NCBI GenBank assembly: GCA_001662655.1
Contig: KV460224.1
Strand: one strand, 5' to 3'
Length of the DNA: 64,000 bases
DNA from: Pseudogymnoascus verrucosus
Taxonomy: Eukaryota
Shown: positions 26,196 through 37,466 of the stretch, piece after piece
How positions within the stretch are numbered: the stretch's first letter is position 1
Layout of the letters: each line of letters opens with the position of its first letter
Notes under the pieces: generated by a model
What the model saw: the letters and a program-made list of their open reading frames with translations, nothing else
Databases searched by the model: none
Told to the model about the DNA's origin: nothing
Position numbers and translations under genes: made by a program

Positions 26196-26755
26196 CTATG
26201 TTTTATATAAGGAAGAACTACCCTTTAATTATCTTTAGATCTTTATATTTTACTTACTTATAATTATACTTCTAACTAAATTTTACTTTAATTTCTATAT
26301 AACACTTAATAAAGGTAGTAGTCTAGTTTATCTTAATAGAGCTCTTATCTTATTTAGAGAGTAGTAAGTCTACTATTTCTTATATAGCTTATAGCTAGAG
26401 TAGAAATCTATATAAATTTAAGTTAAGGATATACTAAATAAGAGCTAACTCTTTATATAGGGTTAACTTCTATAAGTTAGAGGTAAAGTTATGTTAAGAA
26501 GTCATTCTATTTATTCTATTATTAAGGGTCCTTTATAGTATGTTATATAATAATGTAGTAGCTTAAATACTTTTAAATTAATGTTTATTTAGTACTTAAA
26601 TAACTAGAAGTAATCTATCCTCTAAGTTATAGGATTTAGCTTATGTTAGTTATAGCATTATTAATAGTAGTCTAGTTAATACATTTTAGTGTTTTAGTGT
26701 TTTAGTGTTTTAGTAGGTAACTTATCTATATAGGCAACTTATATATAAAATACAA
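26196..26755 (-). mobile_element. Heavily RIP-mutated 5' fragment of a fourth Fot1/Pot2 copy
   Basis: Aligns to about 2260-2803 with extensive transitions; decayed TIR at about 26700-26755. Confidence 0.8.
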
Positions 26756-27709
26756 TAATATGTTTTATAAAAGCCTTTATATCTAATCCCCTACCTCCTC
26801 TAATAAGTAAACTATATAATAAAACCTCTATATATTCTATTATTTTAGAATATAGCTAGAAGGACGTAGGGTACTAGCTTATAAATAATAGTATATAGGA
26901 GTGTAAGTTAGATAGGTTATAGTATAATTCTATAGGTCTACTATAAAGGATATAAAAAAGATAAGGAGGAAACTCCCTATGTAACGTTCCTTAAATACCT
27001 AAAACCTCCCTTAACTCAACTAACCCCCTATGTGCCTAAGGTTTCCTTATGCTATGTGCCTAAGGTTCGCAGTCGCGATCTAAACACAACGGCCCTAAGT
27101 CTCGAGGGCGCCACGTGATGACCGTAACCGACCTGAAGGAGGCATCCTTGCATTAAGTCTATAGTCGTATGTAACAGTTATCCTCATGTCGAATACTATA
27201 TACAATCTTATCATTCCTAAGTGATTCTCTAGTGGGCGAACATTATCATTTCGGAATCGGAAAGAAGGCTTCATCATAGTATAGAATATCACGTAGATAC
27301 AATAATCAATGAATATATGACCTACTTGTCGGCCTTCCGAAGAGCCCTCCGAGATACTGAAGCCCGAAGGATGACAACTCTTTAGGGCACAAGTAGCTTT
27401 TCATTGTAAATTGCACACGATGTGACTTGGGGGATTCCAAGGATTGTATAGGATATTAGTAAGTGTTCATCCTGAAGGATTCTTAGTAATCGCTCTTGGC
27501 ATTTTCTGAAGTATCTTTACATATAATTTACTATGTAAATGTACCTATTATGGCGATATCTCATCCTACCATAACTCTCGCCGAGCTCATCATTGCTCCT
27601 CCAGTCTATTTAAACAGCGCCAAATAACCCCTCTAGATATTCCATGGCTCATAGTAACAACTCAATATACTCCACACATATAGTAACAACTCAATATACT
27701 CCGCACATC

Positions 27710-28642
27710 ATGTCTACTCAAGCACGCAAAGCAAATGCCAATCTTGACCTTACTGGCAAATCCGCCGTCATCGCTGGTGGATCACAAGGAATCGGAGCAG
27801 GCATCGCCATCCGCTTTGCCCAGGCAGGTGCAAATGTGCTCATCGTTGGACGTAACAAAGAGCGACTCCAAGCGGTTATTTCAGAAGCTCGCAAAGTCGC
27901 CAAGTCCACTGAGCAGAAGCTCGATTATCTGTCCGCAGACCTGAGCCTTGTATCAGAAATCAAGGCTGTGGCCAAAGAAATTGAGGCAAAGACCGGTAGC
28001 CATGTTGATTATCTGATTCAAACCCAAGGTGGCATGCCGAATGGCCTTTTTGAGACTACCTCTGAAGGAATCGAGGTGCACTTCGCCGTCCAAATCCTGA
28101 ACCGTTTCCTCCTGAACTACCTACTTGCAACCTCCGGTGCTTTAAAAGACACATCCATCGCCATCGTGGGTCCCGGAAGCACTCAGACTGAATTCAAGCT
28201 CGACGACATCGAGCTCGCGAGCGCCAAAGACGAGAACCGCTACTCACAGATAGCAAAGCACGCCGCACGCGATTCCGTGGTCACAGACACCTTCACCAAA
28301 TCGCTACAGACTCACTTTCCACAGCTCAAGTTCTTCCATCTCGCCCCCGGCTTCGTGCAGACAGATGTCATGACCAACCAAGACGTGCCGACGCCGATAC
28401 GGTTGGCGATTAACTATATCGTGTTCCCACTCGCTGCGAGGTCGTTTGGCAATACGACGACGAGCTATGCTGATATTCCTGTGTTTTTGGCGGCAAATGA
28501 GGGGAGGGATGCTGTGGTTGAGGCGGAGGGGTATTTTTTGAATGAGAAGAATAAGAGGGTGGAGCTGAATCTGTATGCGACGGAGGAGAAGAACCAGGAG
28601 GCGATGTTTGAGAAGCTGAAGGGGTATTTGGATGGTCGCTGA
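27710..28642 (+). CDS. Short-chain dehydrogenase/reductase, intronless
   Basis: VIAGGSQGIGAGIA Rossmann motif, ADLS, HLAPGFVQT; alternative upstream ATG at 27644. Confidence 0.85.
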   Translation: MSTQARKANANLDLTGKSAVIAGGSQGIGAGIAIRFAQAGANVLIVGRNKERLQAVISEARKVAKSTEQKLDYLSADLSLVSEIKAVAKEIEAKTGSHVDYLIQTQGGMPNGLFETTSEGIEVHFAVQILNRFLLNYLLATSGALKDTSIAIVGPGSTQTEFKLDDIELASAKDENRYSQIAKHAARDSVVTDTFTKSLQTHFPQLKFFHLAPGFVQTDVMTNQDVPTPIRLAINYIVFPLAARSFGNTTTSYADIPVFLAANEGRDAVVEAEGYFLNEKNKRVELNLYATEEKNQEAMFEKLKGYLDGR

Positions 28643-29229
28643 TTGATGGTATGTATGGTGTGCTTTTTGGATGGAAGTGGGAGTTGGGAGTCATGGGTTG
28701 GGTGTAATATCTACGTTAAAGTACGCTACTCAATACTTGTAATAATATAATCAAATGACGACTCTGGCACTCTCCCATGATCCGACATCATTGCCATGAA
28801 TGTACTCGGACGCATGTTGACCCCCCTGCTGATGAGTTCGGAGCTGACTATCGAGCCCACCGATGAGTTTGGATCCGCTCAACGAGGCTGTGCACATTTA
28901 TCAGTGCACCGTCTGTGCTATGGCTAGGTATACAAGATCGACCTGTCAAAGAAATGCCCGCCGTATCAGAGTGTGGGCGAAAATAGGCGCCACAGTAGAT
29001 CTGCAAATCCAGCAGCATGCGTATGTTTCGGTGTGATTGAAAGTGGATGGCTGGCTCTATTGTATCTTACTTTTGTTCGGTATTGGTAGTTCGACGTGTA
29101 TGAATGTAAGCCGCCCGCCCAATAGGCACGTCACACGCGATAGAAGCATATAAAAAGGCGCCACTCAGCGTCAGCTTAGTTCCCCCCTGCCAGCCTTGCA
29201 GGAATGGGAGCGCGCTGAGAGCTTTTTCT

Positions 29230-30049
29230 ATTACGCCTTTTCAAGTATTCATATCCGTCCGTAGCTTTCGGGTAATGCGCCAATACATAACCAAGCTGGT
29301 ACCTGCGATGGGCGACGGAGATAAGTGGTGGCTTAGGTGGTGAGAGGGGAGTGAGTGGGTGGTGGTTGGTGTGGGTTAGGGTATGGTGGCAACATACCAT
29401 GGTTGTAAAGACCTAATTTGTCGGCTTCATTCCGAATTGCCTGACAGGTCAACTCGAGTTCCTTATTCTTGATATGCTGGACAAGTTTGGCCTTTTGAGC
29501 AGAATTGAGAGCCTTCATTTTTTTCTTCGACAAATTGCACTTCAGAAGGAGCGCGTGAGCAGGGCTAAAGACTGCGGAGACCAGCCATATCAATTCGTCA
29601 TAGGCGTCGCTGGCTCATGACTGACTTGACTTTAGTAGCATGTGACCGAGACCAACTTTTATAACTTTGACGGATTTTTCAAGTTGTTCCGTTTGAGCCT
29701 CTCTATCTGTTTGGTTGGTAGGCTGGCTAGTAAACTGTTTCAAATCGTCGTGACTCAACCCCTCTTTATTGATTCTTTCGGCGCATGCTTCCAGGTGTTC
29801 TTCGCACTCTGTGAGCTGCGCTAACTTGTCGCGCACCTTTTTAGTTTCTTCTCGACGTAGCCGACACAAAAATTCGTCTTGGAGCGATGCAAGCACAAGT
29901 CCACACTCAACTATGAGTTCTTTAATCTCAACATCAGTGGCGACGTCATAACCCTCTACCCATTTGGCATCGACTTTGCCTGAAACGGATAATGTGACTC
30001 GGCAGCGATGCATATCCTGATAGGACCGCGAGAGTGCAAACCGTGCCAA
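29230..30049 (-). pseudogene. Hypothetical coiled-coil protein gene with an in-frame TGA; 5' end lost in repeat/gap
   Basis: ORFs 29615-30049 and 29333-29593 are in the same frame, separated by one TGA; gtatgt..ctaag..cag intron near 29303-29397. Confidence 0.45.
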
Positions 30050-30064
30050 AGGAAACTCTTTTGT

Positions 30065-30345
30065 CAGGGTGGTTGGGGGTAATCGTTTTCGAGGGGGGAT
30101 GTCGTTTTCGAAGGGGGGGACCGAGGCGTTCGTTGGGGGTGGTTGGGGGGAAACCGTTTTCCAGTGGGGAAATCGTTTTCGAGGGGGAAATCGTTTTCGA
30201 GGGGGANNNNNNNNNNNNNNNNNNNNNNNNNNNNNNNNNNNNNNNNNNNNNNNNNNNNNNNNNNNNNNNNNNNNNNNNNNNNNNNNNNNNNNNNNNNNNN
30301 NNNNNNNNNNNNNNNNNNNNNNNNGGAAATCGTTTTCGAGGGGGA
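30065..30345. repeat. 18-bp tandem repeat (gggggaaatcgttttcga) spanning an assembly gap
   Basis: Units visible on both sides of the N run. Confidence 0.85.
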
Positions 30346-31020
30346 ACCCCTCTTTTTTAGGTGACTTTGCACTAGCGGGTGGAAATGGGTGATAATGGGT
30401 GATAGTGCGTCTACAGATGACTACTCACCCTTACTCGGCTTCATGGGGCTACTAACTTACTCTCTGCCTGGGCAGAGTTGCGGACGGAGCTGTATTTTTA
30501 CTTGGTTTACTCAACGGACTTAGTTGGTTAATTCCTGCGCCGTGCTCCTAATTGGAGCAGTGTTCCGCGCCAGGTCGGTGAGAGGGTACATGGCTTACTG
30601 ATAGCATTGAGGAAGAGATAGCGCAGGTGATGCTGATGACCACGACGACGTGGAGCCGTGATGACCGCGAACATTATAAACGCGGTGGCGGACATTCGTC
30701 GAATCGGAGGTCTAGTAGACATGTGGTCAGGGACATAGGGGCCTATAAGTGTGGTTGGGCTAACGCGATCGAGATGTGCTGCGAGATGGCCACTAACGGG
30801 CGATGGGGGATACAGAAGAGGCAGTTGGAGGCAAATTATCTCCGAAATGTCCAAGCCAAGCCGTATACTCTAGAAAGGTATTTAGTGGAATACAGCGAAT
30901 CAAGCCTGGGCTTCCTTTGGGTATCGTAGGGAGTGACAGTGGCAGATGCGCCACGGACGGGGGCACACATAAAGATCAACAGGGTTGTCACATAATATGG
31001 CAGGGGAGTTAGGGGCAGTA

Positions 31021-31132
31021 CAGTACGGCGACAAACGTATTCATACGGGTCTGTGCTCAAATTGCAGTAAACGAGTGTCTTTTTGTATGGGAAAAAGCAC
31101 AGACCCGTATGAATACATTTGTCACCGTACTG
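31021..31132. mobile_element. 112-bp Tc1/mariner-type MITE
   Basis: 37-bp TIRs cagtacggcgacaaacgtattcatacgggtctgtgct (2 mismatches), TA on both flanks. Confidence 0.88.
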
Positions 31133-31669
31133 TACACATCGGCGAGTGCGGTCAGTATTCTCTTAACCCATGTTCAGCCTCCGCCAACATGGTAAGTTAT
31201 ATGTCTATGCTTTTAATGTATCTTACTCTGCTACTATAGCTGCAGTACTACTTGCAGCGTGGGTACAAAGGACATTATTTGGGCTTGCGCCTCGCAATGG
31301 TGTAGTACAGTACGTACCATCCCACTAGATCCTCTCCAGTTTCCTCCAGGCTGACCCATCCATCGCCTTTCCGGATCCAAACTAGAATTCACACACCTTA
31401 GCGATCATCAGTGTCCACCACGGACAGCCTTATTGTTGTACTGTTCGGTTCCTCATATGGCCCTGAATAGCTCCATTAAATTATAAATGTCTGCACTTCC
31501 CCCTCTTCATTGCTCTTGATACCACCATATCTCCATCGCCTTCATCATCAGTTATTATAACTTTTATCACCTTCGCCTTCTCACTGCTCTCCGCTTGGTC
31601 TTTGTCCGAACCCTGGACCCGTTCTCACATTGCAACAACCTCCCCCGTTGCCCTTCGCCCTTCGCCATC

Positions 31670-32209
31670 ATGACAATGCCGTCGCAGCAACAAAACAACA
31701 AATACCCAGGCAGTAATGCCCCATATATCGCGGGTCTCAGTACTGGGTATGTGTATACATCCCCCATCCTCTCGTGAAGTTCGCTGGTGCAAATGTGATA
31801 CTTGTTGCTCTCCACATCACGTGATCGCCATTACCACCCACCCCTGTCACCGCCCCCCCCCCCAAAGTCCCCAAAGTACCCCCTCACACCCAGCCTGCGC
31901 CCATACGTGTGTACCAATCTAACTGAACCTCCCTCCAGCTTCTCCCTCGACACACTAGCCACTGCTCCTCTCGGCCCCACGTACGACCGTCTTGCTGAGT
32001 GGGCGGACAACACCTCAACACGCGATAATCCGGTCACGGATTTTCTGTTCGAGATTGTCCCTGTTGAGAATCCGACTGAGAAGGGGACTTCTGGGAAAAA
32101 ATCGACCCAGAAGAAGTCGACCAACAAGAAATCGACTCAGAGGCAGGACGCGGCTCACAATAAATCGACTGAGAAGAAGCCGACTCAGAAAAAACAGAAG
32201 ACGAAATGA
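31670..32209 (+). CDS. Small hypothetical protein with Lys-rich (KKST) tail, two exons
   Basis: MTMPSQQQNNKYPGSNAPYIAGLSTG|FSLDTLATAPLGPTYDRLAEW..; intron about 31747-31938 (gtatgt..ccag) keeps the frame. Confidence 0.5.
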
Positions 32210-33182
32210 CGACGCGTCGAAGAGCGCGTTGTGGGACGAACGGCGGCGGGCTTGGGTTTCCACGTGTGTGATTTGGGACGTCTCTTGTCTTGGTGCCTTA
32301 GATGGAATTTGGACGGTGATGTGTTATTTCTGGGCGGTGTGTCGCAGGGTGTGTCGCGTGGAGTGAGGGGGAATGCCGGGATGCCTGGTCTGTTCTATTC
32401 CTTAATAAGAAAATATTGTCCTCTCAGCTCTGCCCGATTAGCCAATGCTAAGTCCGTGCTAGAGAAACTGCATCTTGTTACTGTATACATGGTTTTATGC
32501 GTAGAATCGGAGTGCTTTGCCTATTGGCGCAAGTACTAGGTACATGTGTAAGCATATATTCTCGACGAATCGATACCGAGTCCTTCATGGAAGAGACCTG
32601 AGACCCCTAAGGATAGTCGACGCTTAACCAAAACCACCATAGCGCGAGTCTAAGGGAGCGGCACGGAGCCGTCGCCGGAGAACTCCCGTCGCCGCGAGAC
32701 ATTAAGGCAACCACAAGTAGAAGTGGCGAGTGCCAACAAATCGCCAATTAGACAAGCTCAATTCCGCCACTGGGAAGGCTGTCGTACCTGCCTCTTTGAG
32801 TCGTGGGTGCACGTGCAGTAGTATTATGACATGAATTTATAAGATCTAAGTTATGGGTCGTACTTGTGATATCGTGATATCGTGAGGTACGGCTTAGAAA
32901 AGACCCACCCACTACTTCTAGCTTTGGAGATCAGGGACTACTAAGCGGGGACAGCGGAGACAGCGGAGACAACGCGGCAATCCGTCAGGTTACGCGCTCA
33001 AGATAAATGGGCCGCGGCGCTAATACGCGCTAATTGACTCTAGTTAGTCTAGTCTTTGTCACCACATTGTTCCGTTCCCACATCATGTCTTGAAACACAG
33101 CTTCATCGCCATTGATTTCCACGCCGCAACCCATTCAAATTACCTCCCCTTTTTGTCTACCTATAATTCGTTCTCTTCTTCA

Positions 33183-34286
33183 ATGTCCCAAGTTAGCCCT
33201 CCTCTCCAAATCGCAGTGTACATCGCGGCACATGGATTTGGACATTTCACCCGCACACTCAATCTTCTCTCTCTCTTATCACATTCTAAGAAGTACAACT
33301 TTCACATTCGCACCTCATCATCACTACACACGGAACCACTAGCATACGCTTTACACCCCAGCATCGTCCAAACAAATCCCTACCAGCTAGACGCGGAACA
33401 GTCACTCCACTCTCTCGCCAACTTTGACCCCTCCCTCCCGCTAGCAGAAGAGACCAAGTTCCTAAAAGAGCACAACATCCAAGCCATCATCGCAGATGCC
33501 CACTCCCTACCATGTCTGCTTGCACAGACCGTTGGAATCTCGTCAATCCTCATCACCAACTTCACTTTCGACAGCATATTCCAAGCTATCCTAGATAGTG
33601 ACCCAACATGCACGAACAAGGCGGCGCTCCAGCTGAAAATCGACGAGATGACGCATCAGTACGCACTTGCGCACTCCGTTATTCGATTACCAGGACACAT
33701 CTCCTTCCCCTTCTCCGGCCCGCAAATAATAGACGCACCAATGCACTCCAGGAAAGCGCTGCAGACTCGGAGCGAGACGTTGGCTGGGCTAGGGCTGCAG
33801 TGTCTGGAGAGTAAGAAGATCTTGCTCAACTGTTTCGGCGGGCATAATTCAGATTCCCTTTCTGGGGTTCCAAAGTTGCCAGAGGGGTGGGCGTGCATCA
33901 GCCAGACGATCCATTCTCCGCCGCTCTTCTATAAGATCTCGCATAATGTGTATATGCCTGATCTCATTGGGGCGTGTGATGTTGTGCTTGGGAAGCTTGG
34001 GTGGGGGACGTGCAGTGAGGTCATTGGGAATGGGTATAAGCCATTTATTTATGTCCCGCGGAGTGCTTTTATTGAGGAGGCTGGCTTGCTGAGGTGGATG
34101 GAGAGCGCGCATCGAAGGATTGTGAGGCTAGAAGTGGATGAGTATGAGAGCATGGACTGGCGGGGGGCGATTGGAGAGGCGGAGAAGGTGGTCACTTCAA
34201 GTTCTGTGTCTGCGAAGAATTGGGAGAAGGATGATGCGGAGTTGGTTCGGATTTTTGTAGACGCATTAGAAGGTGCATTGAATTGA
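33183..34286 (+). CDS. GT-B fold glycosyltransferase-like protein resembling the L-arabinokinase N-terminal domain; intronless
   Basis: YIAAHGFGHFTR, ITNFTFDSI, YMPDLIGACDVVLGKLGWGTCSE, FIYVPRSAFIEEAGL. Confidence 0.8.
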   Translation: MSQVSPPLQIAVYIAAHGFGHFTRTLNLLSLLSHSKKYNFHIRTSSSLHTEPLAYALHPSIVQTNPYQLDAEQSLHSLANFDPSLPLAEETKFLKEHNIQAIIADAHSLPCLLAQTVGISSILITNFTFDSIFQAILDSDPTCTNKAALQLKIDEMTHQYALAHSVIRLPGHISFPFSGPQIIDAPMHSRKALQTRSETLAGLGLQCLESKKILLNCFGGHNSDSLSGVPKLPEGWACISQTIHSPPLFYKISHNVYMPDLIGACDVVLGKLGWGTCSEVIGNGYKPFIYVPRSAFIEEAGLLRWMESAHRRIVRLEVDEYESMDWRGAIGEAEKVVTSSSVSAKNWEKDDAELVRIFVDALEGALN

Positions 34287-34487
34287 ATTGTACGTGAACA
34301 GCGCCCTTTGTAAGAAAAGTAGTCCAGGCCGTGAATTCATCTTGTAGGTAGGTGGTACTGAAGAACAAACGGAACAAACAGAACAATCAATAAAAATAAA
34401 ACCGTCGTTCTCATGTTGAGATGGAAGGTGCCATTTTCAAATGCAGTAGCACTGGATACGCTGCTGCATGAATGCGCAACATGAGTA

Positions 34488-36672
34488 TCAGTCATCCTCA
34501 AACAAAATAACCACTGCCTTGAGAAGTGGCTTGAATACCCGCTTATCATTTTGATCCCTGGATATGAAGTTCACCATTGGAACTATAGCTTCTTCTATAG
34601 TAGCACCCATGGGCAGCTCTCCTCGTGGATGTATAAAAAATGCAGCTTCGACGCAAAGCTGTATTGCACGTCCTTGATGGCTTTGAGTAATATCCATCGA
34701 GCCATCCATAGCTTCGACTTTCATAGTAGTTTCGTCAAACTTGGTACCAGGAACGTATGTGAGCAATTCGTAGTTCTCAATGTTAAGGCACAACTCCACC
34801 TTGGTTGTCAGGGCAGCAGTAAATATAGCGACGAAGCTACGTCGTCTCTCTTTCCATTGTTCAAGCCCTTCGCCCCATGTGGAGAATCCGTCCCAATCCA
34901 GTAGCGGTGAATCGTCTTCCGTATCTGAGAAGAAGGGTGCAAGGGCGTTGGAAAGTTGAATGGCCAAGGTTTCAGCTTGTTGTGGAATAAACTCTTCGAG
35001 AAACTCTTTCGATTTGACGCATTTGCTCAGAGCAGCAAGATCCCAGTTTCGCAAGGTTACTGCCCCATCTAAAAGAAGAGAAAAGTCAGCATTTGATACA
35101 GGAACTTAGGCTTGGAGTCTATAACCATACCACGATTCCCCCTGAGACATTCGCGATAATATTGTAAACCTCTTCCAGCTTCAAATATTGGGATGTCAGA
35201 CTCAAAAACCCACTCGCGCACGGCTGCACCCGTCAAAGCTCGCATGGCTGGCTGAATACTCAGTTTAGACAGTAGGCGCCTGGCTTTATCCAGCAAATAA
35301 GTCCCAGAGTCATGGAGTCCCAAGACCTTGCAAACAAGTACGCGGAGTGTCTCATGTTGACCTAGTGATTGTATGAAAGGGGTTTTGATATTTCCGTAAG
35401 GACAAAAGGTTTGCTGTGTCAACCAGAAAACTTTCCTGATGCCGGTTTCGAGTTGCTCTGTCGTGGACCTGCGGCTAGATGTTGACGATAGCTGGGTGAA
35501 TGTCCCAAGAAAGTTCTGAGACCGAATCTGCCTGTGTAATGCTTTACGAACTTGATGGTGATGGGTTGATAGGTCGTCGGAGGACCAATCGTGGTGTTTG
35601 GTCAGTTCTCGTTGTACATCTAATAGAAGGTCATTGTCGGTTTTGAGACTTGCGATTGTTTCTGTTTGTTCGTGCTCGTTGACTCTGTGCTCAGCGAGCT
35701 GACTTCGAAGGGAGTAGATTTCATGGTTTGCCCCATCTAGCTGTGTCTGAAGCTGTACCATTGACTTATCAACAGAGGCATCTGTCTGTGTTGAAGCACT
35801 TTGTTCTTGATCTTGTGCCACCATATGCGTACATCGCGTGCATGAGAACTTCACGCAGGCACTGTGCTGCCAGACTTTACATTTTTCGCAAGAAATCCAG
35901 TGTTCAGGCTGTAGTCCTTCTTCGGTAGCGCCGCATTCACAGTCGATTCTTTCTACCTCGGCATCGGCAAGCTTGCGACTTTTGCGACGAACACGCGTGC
36001 TTGCTCTAAGCCTTTTGTATAATGGATGTTTTGGTTTACCCAGTCGTGGGGTCGCTGGGCTGGCGGGGAATTGTTGTGCATCACTCTGCTGTTGTTGCGA
36101 ATTAGCAAAGAGAAAGGGTGATGGCCAGAAATACATACACGCTTCCTTGGCGGTGTTTGGGATCTCTCAACATTGTAAGCTTGAACTGCGGGGATAAGCA
36201 CATTATTGCTCTTTTGACTCTTTGAAAGGCTTAGGTCAACTGGGTTTGCATTGTTGGAACGTAGCGCACGCGGTTTTGTAAGCTCTGGCTGTGCTGTTCC
36301 AAGTTTGGATCCCCAGCTTGCTGGTACCGAGCCGAACAGCGAGGCGACGCGCCCCTGAAGATCTCGTAGCGGATTCGATAATGGCGAGAAAGTCGTGGAA
36401 TTCATTGTAGAGGTAGCGTTGCTAACAGACAGAAACTGACGTTCCTCTTTAATGACTTGCAATTCGACGCTCGGCGAGAGTTCGCGCTGCTGCGAGGCGG
36501 CCGGACTGTCACGCACCCCCCTCGACTGAGGGAAGACGCAGTTGCTACCACGTTTTACGCAACGATTGCACGCTGGGGAAACTCTATCGCATTTTTGTTT
36601 CGCCCTGCGACATTCTTTGCATGGCAAATTAACAAGAAGTTTGGGCTGGGATCGAGAGTTTGTGGAAGACAT
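34488..36672 (-). CDS. ~690-aa Zn2Cys6 + PHD finger + coiled coil + putative GrpE-like C-terminal domain protein (exons 36672-36139, 36088-35131, 35068-34488)
   Basis: CKECRRAKQKCDRVSPACNRCVKRGSNC; IDCECG..WISCEKCKVWQHSACV; heptads LQTQLDGANHEIYSLRSQL; both introns have canonical donors, branch sites and acceptors, and phases (0 and 1) join the three ORFs in frame. Confidence 0.8.
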
Positions 36673-37466
36673 TATGTGCCTTTGGTAGCTGTGTGGTCGT
36701 ATCAATGTAGTATGCTCGACCTTAAAATGACCTTGCTCTCCAATATTGAGACTAGTGAAGTCGCAGTGTTCTCTTTTTAGTTATTGGCAAACAGTAGAGA
36801 TAAAGAATCAAATTTAATGACTTTACTTCGCTATTTGAGATTGGTAGCGCACACGTAGTCGTTGGGATGTATGTTGTATTAGCAGCACATAAAAGCGATA
36901 ATCTAGGAGGCATAAATACTCGGCGGCTAACTAGGACATACTAAGAGAAATCTAAGACATAGGGGAGAGTAGTTGCAGGGGGCATGTAGGCTGCCACCAC
37001 TAATATCATCAAGTTCACCACCATCAACCAAATGAATCACTTGTACATACATAGGTATTTTTGAAATGAGCATATATAATCATTTCTAATACCGGTGTGT
37101 GTCATCAGAGCTGTTCTATGTCCATCTATTCCTATCTTGTTCTACAGTATGTGACAAGTCATCCAACCCCTTGAATATCGTTTCTGCCTATCCACATCAT
37201 CTCTAACCTATAGCTCATACTTATTAAACTACGGCTTGCCCGTCCTCCTTCCAGCTCATCATTCTCAAATAATAGCCTGCATATCACATCGCCCATGCTT
37301 ATTCATTCCACAACTTTTCGTCAGCTTGCATCCACACCCACGCGGAACATACACGTCCAGGCGCGCACACACGCGCACGCACGCACACTGGCACACACAC
37401 TCGCACACACACATAACCACTGCAAAATCCTTCGCAACAACCGCCTTTTTGGACACCTTGAAGCCA

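Noticed and set aside
26980..27248. Possible solo or 3' LTR (tgtaacg..tatca) after a purine-rich tract
   Set aside because: No second copy or TSD visible; too weak to call
37236..37466. Upstream extension of the Hsp70 ORF (His/Thr-rich)
   Set aside because: TTG start and CA-microsatellite-derived sequence; ATG at 37467 is more plausible
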